From an uncultured Solirubrobacterales bacterium (GTDB taxonomy: Bacteria > Actinomycetota > Thermoleophilia > Solirubrobacterales > Solirubrobacteraceae): a DNA stretch of 64,000 bases. The stretch covers positions 52,934 through 116,933 of the forward strand of contig CAWFPU010000006.1 in assembly GCA_963817845.1 (NCBI GenBank). Direction: 5' to 3'. Under the pieces are notes generated by a model that made no database searches, was not told the DNA's origin, and worked only from the letters and a program-made list of their open reading frames with translations. This document shows positions 60,424-64,000 of this stretch, piece after piece. Each line of letters opens with the position of its first letter. Position 1 is the stretch's first letter. The position numbers and the translations under genes were made by a program.

Positions 60424-60945
60424 ATGTACCACGTCGAGCTGCGCCACTTCCCGCACACCGCATACAGGTTCAACCTCGACGAGCGCGAGCTGCTGGCGCT
60501 GCTGGATCCGTGGGTGCACGACAAATGGATCGACCTCGACGAGCGCAAGTGGAGTCCCCAGCAGGCGCGCCTGATCGTGCTCGAGGGGCCGGAGCTGCCC
60601 GTGTACGAACTGTCGATGGGCCGCGGCTGGCGCGCCGCCGAGCGCAAGAGCAAGGATGTGACCGATCAGGTGATCGAGCACGCGCGGGCGGTGCTGCTGC
60701 AGGATGGTGTCGCCGACGGGCCGCCATCTGACGGAGCGCCGGCTGCGGCCGCCGGCGACGCCGATGCGAGTCCCAAGGGCGACGCCGATTTTCGATTGCT
60801 GCTCGGCGATGATCCCAACGCGCTGTTACAGGCCTGGCAGCTGGTAGTCCAGCGCCGTCCCGAGCTGGCGCCCAGCGAGTCCCTGGCGCTGGCTGAACAG
60901 ACGCTCAGGTCGCTGGGCTCAGGAGGCCCAGGTCGCTCAGGCTGA
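60424..60945 (+). CDS. hypothetical protein
   Basis: ATG 60424 inside ORF 60331 (MYHVELRHFPHTAYRFNLDERELLALLDPWV..). I recognise no family. Confidence 0.5.
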   Translation: MYHVELRHFPHTAYRFNLDERELLALLDPWVHDKWIDLDERKWSPQQARLIVLEGPELPVYELSMGRGWRAAERKSKDVTDQVIEHARAVLLQDGVADGPPSDGAPAAAAGDADASPKGDADFRLLLGDDPNALLQAWQLVVQRRPELAPSESLALAEQTLRSLGSGGPGRSG

Positions 60946-61080
60946 GCGTGGGCGCACTGATCCGCGCCTGGCCGAATGCAGACACGACACGTCGCTGGGC
61001 TGAGGAGGCCCAGGTCGCTCAGGCTGAGCGTGGGCGCACTGATCCGCGCCTGGCCGAATGCAGACACGACACGTCGCTAG
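60909..61080. repeat. 82-bp tandem duplication (2 copies + 8 bp) spanning the stop codon of the 60424..60945 gene and ending 17 nt before tRNA-His
   Basis: Units start at 60909 and 60991, with a partial unit at 61073. One mismatch seen (CTC/CTG). Confidence 0.9.
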
Positions 61081-61096
61081 ACTTGCCTCGGCGCGT

Positions 61097-61170
61097 GGTG
61101 GGCGTAGCTCAGCTGGTAGAGCTCCTGGTTGTGGTCCAGGCGGTCGGGGGTTCGAGTCCCCTCGCTCACC
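61097..61170 (+). tRNA. tRNA-His (anticodon GTG) with genome-encoded G-1, no encoded CCA
   Basis: Hand-folded cloverleaf. Acceptor GTGGGCG/CGCTCAC, D arm GCTC-AGCTGGTA-GAGC, anticodon arm CCTGG-TTGTGGT-CCAGG, T arm GGGGG-TTCGAGT-CCCCT. An extra 5' G pairs with discriminator C. Confidence 0.9.
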
Positions 61171-61526
61171 CTTAAGATGTGCTCCGCTACGGCGGCCCAG
61201 GGGCCGGCGACTTCGGGGCGTGAGTCTGGCGCCGGACCGGAAGCTAGGTAGATGCTCCGCGGGCAGCAACCTCGATCGGGCGCGAACCCGGTAGGCGCGC
61301 TCGTGGACCTGCCGATCGAGCCGGTCCAGGCACTGTACAGGCCCAAGCTGTACGTGGTACAGCGCTGGGCCCCGAAGTCCTCATTGATGGAATCACTCAA
61401 GTTACTGGTCGTTCTGCCGATGAGTTGAAATGACAGCGGGGCCAGCCGGCTGATTGGAATCGCCAGGCCGATGTCTGTGTCGTCCCCAATGGTCCAGGTC
61501 ACGCGAGGCAGACGATGAGCCACGAG

Positions 61527-63203
61527 CCCAGATCTTGCAGTAAGCCTGCTGGAGTGACGTCGCGCGGTGTCGTGGGGATGATTGGTGGTGTCAGGAGCGA
61601 GTGTGGATCGGGCGAGGGCCCGGCGGGAGCGCTTTGACGCTCCATGTGGGGCTGATTTCTGTCACACGAAGACGATCCGGGCAGCGGGAGTCGCGCGCTG
61701 GTGATCGTGGCGCGCTGGGACCCCTATGGTGGCGGGCTCACCCCGCGGGGGTTGGCAATGCGTCGAGGCGAGCGCAGGCGGCGGCGAGGTGTGTCGTCCA
61801 GGGCCAGTGGCGGGCGAGGCGGAGCTTGGTGTGACGGCCTGAGCGGGTGAGCCGTCCGGCTTGGTGCAGCAGGCGGTAGCGAAGCGTGTGGGGTTTGCAG
61901 CGCGCGAGCTCATCGGTGAGTGTCAGTGCCTTGGCGTAGGCGAGGAGGTCTTGTGCGCAGAGCACGAGCTGCATCCAGGCCTCGTTCATCTGGTAGGCGC
62001 GGAACGGGAGCTTTGAGAGCCCGAGGGCGTGTGAGTCTTCGATGCGCTGCTCGACGTGGGCATGCGCGCGGTGGCGGCGATCGAGCTCGGCGAGGTCATC
62101 GTCTTGCTGGTCGGTGAGGAATGCTTGATGGCGCCAGCCGTCGGTGTCGATCAGGGATAGCTGCGCGCCGGGGTGGGCGCGCTCGCGGCGGCAGAGAAGC
62201 CGCGATCCCGGCCCCCAGCCAGAGAGGTCGAGAAGGCCGGTCAGCTCCGCGACGTACGCCTTGCGCGGACGGATGGGGTGATCGGTGACGGGCTTCCCGT
62301 CTTGTGAGATCGCCGGAACCCACGCATCCTCGGGGAGCTTTGCGATCGCTTCGCGTACCTCGGCGTTCAAGTCGTGCCCGACCGAGAAGCGAATCCGGCC
62401 CTCACGGCAGAAGTCGATCAGCTCGTGCACGCACGCGGCGGAGTCCCCGCGCACGAGCAACTCCTCCTCCATGCAGTCCTCGGGCAGCTGCGCCAGCGCG
62501 AGCTCGATCGCCTGGGTCTGGTCGGCACCGGTGTTCGACCCGGCGTTACCCGGCCGCAGGATGCCGTCGAGCGCCCCGTCTGAGCCGTCCAGGTAGCAGA
62601 GCATCGGGTGAAAGCCGTAGCCGCCCTTGTAGTTGCCTCGAGCCTGCTCCTTATCGGAGTGAGAGCCGACGAGGGTCGCGTTGACGTCGAGGATCAGCTC
62701 CTTGGGCCGGGCACCGAGCGCAAACGCGCGCTCGCGCGCCGCCTTGCGTGCGCCGCGCAGACCCTCAAGCTCGCCTGGCCCGATCCGCTCCAGTAGCCGA
62801 AACGCGGTGGAGTCTGAGGCCACCGTACCGAACAGGTCGGGCTGGTCACGAAGCGCGGCCAGATCCGAGAGGTGCTCGCCTCCCTGCACCAGCGTGACGA
62901 TCAGATCGCGCAGGACCTGGCCGTCATCGTGCACGGAACGACGCTGACGGGTGCCCGCCAGTGCCTCGCCGAGCCCCTTGGTCAAGCCCAGCCGGTCGGC
63001 CAGGTTGACCAGCAAAAGCGCGCCGGCGTGCGAGCAGAAACCCTCGCCGTCCGCCGTGACCTCTACGGTTTCCCGGCAACCTCTACGGTTCACCTTCATG
63101 GTGACGCCTCCTGAGTGGGGAATGCGGACCTCGACACCCGCATTTTCCCCGCCCAGGCGGCGGAATCCCGGCTCAGACGAACAGGCTTACTGCAAGATCT
63201 GGG
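61527..63203 (-). mobile_element. IS1380-family insertion sequence, 1677 bp, intact
   Basis: 22-bp perfect terminal inverted repeats CCCAGATCTTGCAGTAAGCCTG (61527-61548 and the reverse complement of 63182-63203), flanked by a 4-bp direct repeat CGAG (61523-61526 and 63204-63207). Confidence 0.88.
61738..63099 (-). CDS. IS1380-family DDE transposase
   Basis: 453-aa ORF. FCSHAGALLL..L, GYGFHPMLCYLD, LVRGDSA and HAHVEQRIEDSHALGLSKLPF are typical of this family. Confidence 0.92.
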   Translation of the reverse strand: MKVNRRGCRETVEVTADGEGFCSHAGALLLVNLADRLGLTKGLGEALAGTRQRRSVHDDGQVLRDLIVTLVQGGEHLSDLAALRDQPDLFGTVASDSTAFRLLERIGPGELEGLRGARKAARERAFALGARPKELILDVNATLVGSHSDKEQARGNYKGGYGFHPMLCYLDGSDGALDGILRPGNAGSNTGADQTQAIELALAQLPEDCMEEELLVRGDSAACVHELIDFCREGRIRFSVGHDLNAEVREAIAKLPEDAWVPAISQDGKPVTDHPIRPRKAYVAELTGLLDLSGWGPGSRLLCRRERAHPGAQLSLIDTDGWRHQAFLTDQQDDDLAELDRRHRAHAHVEQRIEDSHALGLSKLPFRAYQMNEAWMQLVLCAQDLLAYAKALTLTDELARCKPHTLRYRLLHQAGRLTRSGRHTKLRLARHWPWTTHLAAACARLDALPTPAG

Positions 63204-63600
63204 CGAGCAAGCCACGACCGTTGCGCTTGAGAAAATGACCGCAACGACACTCGAACCTCACTACTAGGCCGTGCACGGATGGCCAAGCCAACCGACTGGG
63301 ATGGATATTGATTCGCGTGTGGTCTTCCGGTTCGCAGCGGTGAGGCCGCGATGATTCCGGATTCCGACTGTAAGCGGGGATACAAGATTCTTTGCCCCCA
63401 GTGCATGCCTGCCGGAAGTCTCGATCCGCCGAAGCCGCCGGAGACTTCCAAACTGCCCTCGATCCATCGCGACCGTTTCGATGGACCAACCTGAGTTGGC
63501 TCAGATCAACCTGGTCCTCAGGCTCCCGTACGCCATCGGGCGCTAGCTCCGGGCGCGTTGAGCGCCACTGCGAGTGCGTCGCGGGTCGCGCGAGTCGGAC

Positions 63601-63632
63601 ACCGACGGCGTCTTCAACCGACGGCGTCTTCA
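63601..63632. repeat. 16-bp tandem duplication ACCGACGGCGTCTTCA x2
   Basis: Read directly. Confidence 0.85.
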
Positions 63633-63751
63633 CGAAGCAACCAGGGTTCCACCGCCGCCCCCCGGCTCCAGATGCGAGTTGCGACCGGTCCGGGCTCGCG
63701 CCGTGGGAAGACCGTGGGAAGCTGCTCTAAAACCCTAGTTCTGATGCGGGA

Positions 63752-63979
63752 TTACGCCAGGGCCCGCGACCTAACCAGACGGGGGTCGCTGCCTTCGGCG
63801 ACCACCTCGACCAGCGCCGCGACCAGCCTCTTGTGCGGGACGTCCACATTCCGGGAAGTCCTGTGCCGGGCAGGCCGCGAGTGGGACAGAGTGTGGCTCG
63901 ACAAGCGCTCTGCCACGCGGTTGATCTTGATCCCGTCCCCCATCGTGCTGCCCTGGTTTCCCTCCGTTGTCCCTCTCAC
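63752..63979 (-). CDS. doubtful small ORF, unknown function
   Basis: The ORF-track entry is the only support. No motif and no convincing RBS. Confidence 0.2.
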   Translation of the reverse strand: MRGTTEGNQGSTMGDGIKINRVAERLSSHTLSHSRPARHRTSRNVDVPHKRLVAALVEVVAEGSDPRLVRSRALA

Positions 63980-64000
63980 TGGGCCCTCTAGCGTCGCTTC

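Noticed and set aside
60950-61075. The 82-bp repeat as a degenerate tRNA-His fragment (it shares GTGGGCG, GCTCAG and CCTGG words with the tRNA)
   Set aside because: No cloverleaf arm can be folded, and the shared words are short and out of register. This is probably coincidence in GC-rich sequence.
61077-63633. Calling the two IS-flanking ORFs a pseudogene interrupted by the IS
   Set aside because: They do join in frame once the IS is removed, but that has a one-in-three chance. The joined ORF has no recognisable domain, and its 3' part would overlap tRNA-His. It is kept as a finding, not as a feature.

Overview
Very GC-rich chromosomal DNA (about 70% by eye), with codon usage and gene content typical of a deep-branching Actinobacteria-type genome; a Conexibacter/Solirubrobacter-like Thermoleophilia origin is my inference, not a search result. 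Positions 1-36.8 kb are mostly housekeeping. They carry the conserved block tilS-hpt-ftsH ... folP-folB-folK ... coaX-dus-greA-lysS ... clpC ... disA-carD-ispD-ispF-cysS-rlmB, in the same relative order known from Mycobacterium and partly from Bacillus subtilis. The block ends with a Bacillus Spo0H-type sigma factor and is interrupted by accessory insertions: an RCC1-repeat secreted protein, an ECF sigma/anti-sigma/GST trio, a GNAT and a PHP phosphatase. radA and folE are absent from their usual places. Positions 36.9-64 kb are accessory: secreted repeat proteins, a cluster of small membrane proteins with two MFS pumps, a probable operon (Cys-pair repeat protein, GH27 alpha-galactosidase, arylsulfotransferase), an LCP protein, a second 14-repeat Cys-pair protein, a tyrosine recombinase with iterated sites, tRNA-His, and an intact IS1380-family element with a 4-bp target duplication. 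I found no recognisable defence, CRISPR, toxin-antitoxin or biosynthetic system. The observations most worth a second look are: (1) an apparently unnamed C-x5-C / Asp-box-like repeat family present as 7 and 14 copies; (2) the recombinase module with an attP-like or possibly invertible-promoter layout next to one of these surface-protein genes; (3) a recurring set of short tandem duplications (16-83 bp) that repeatedly straddle gene starts and stops, including an in-frame hexapeptide array inside dus. All calls come from reading the sequence and ORF track and from remembered family motifs. No database search was run. Coordinates of features I indexed by hand could be off by 1-2 nt.
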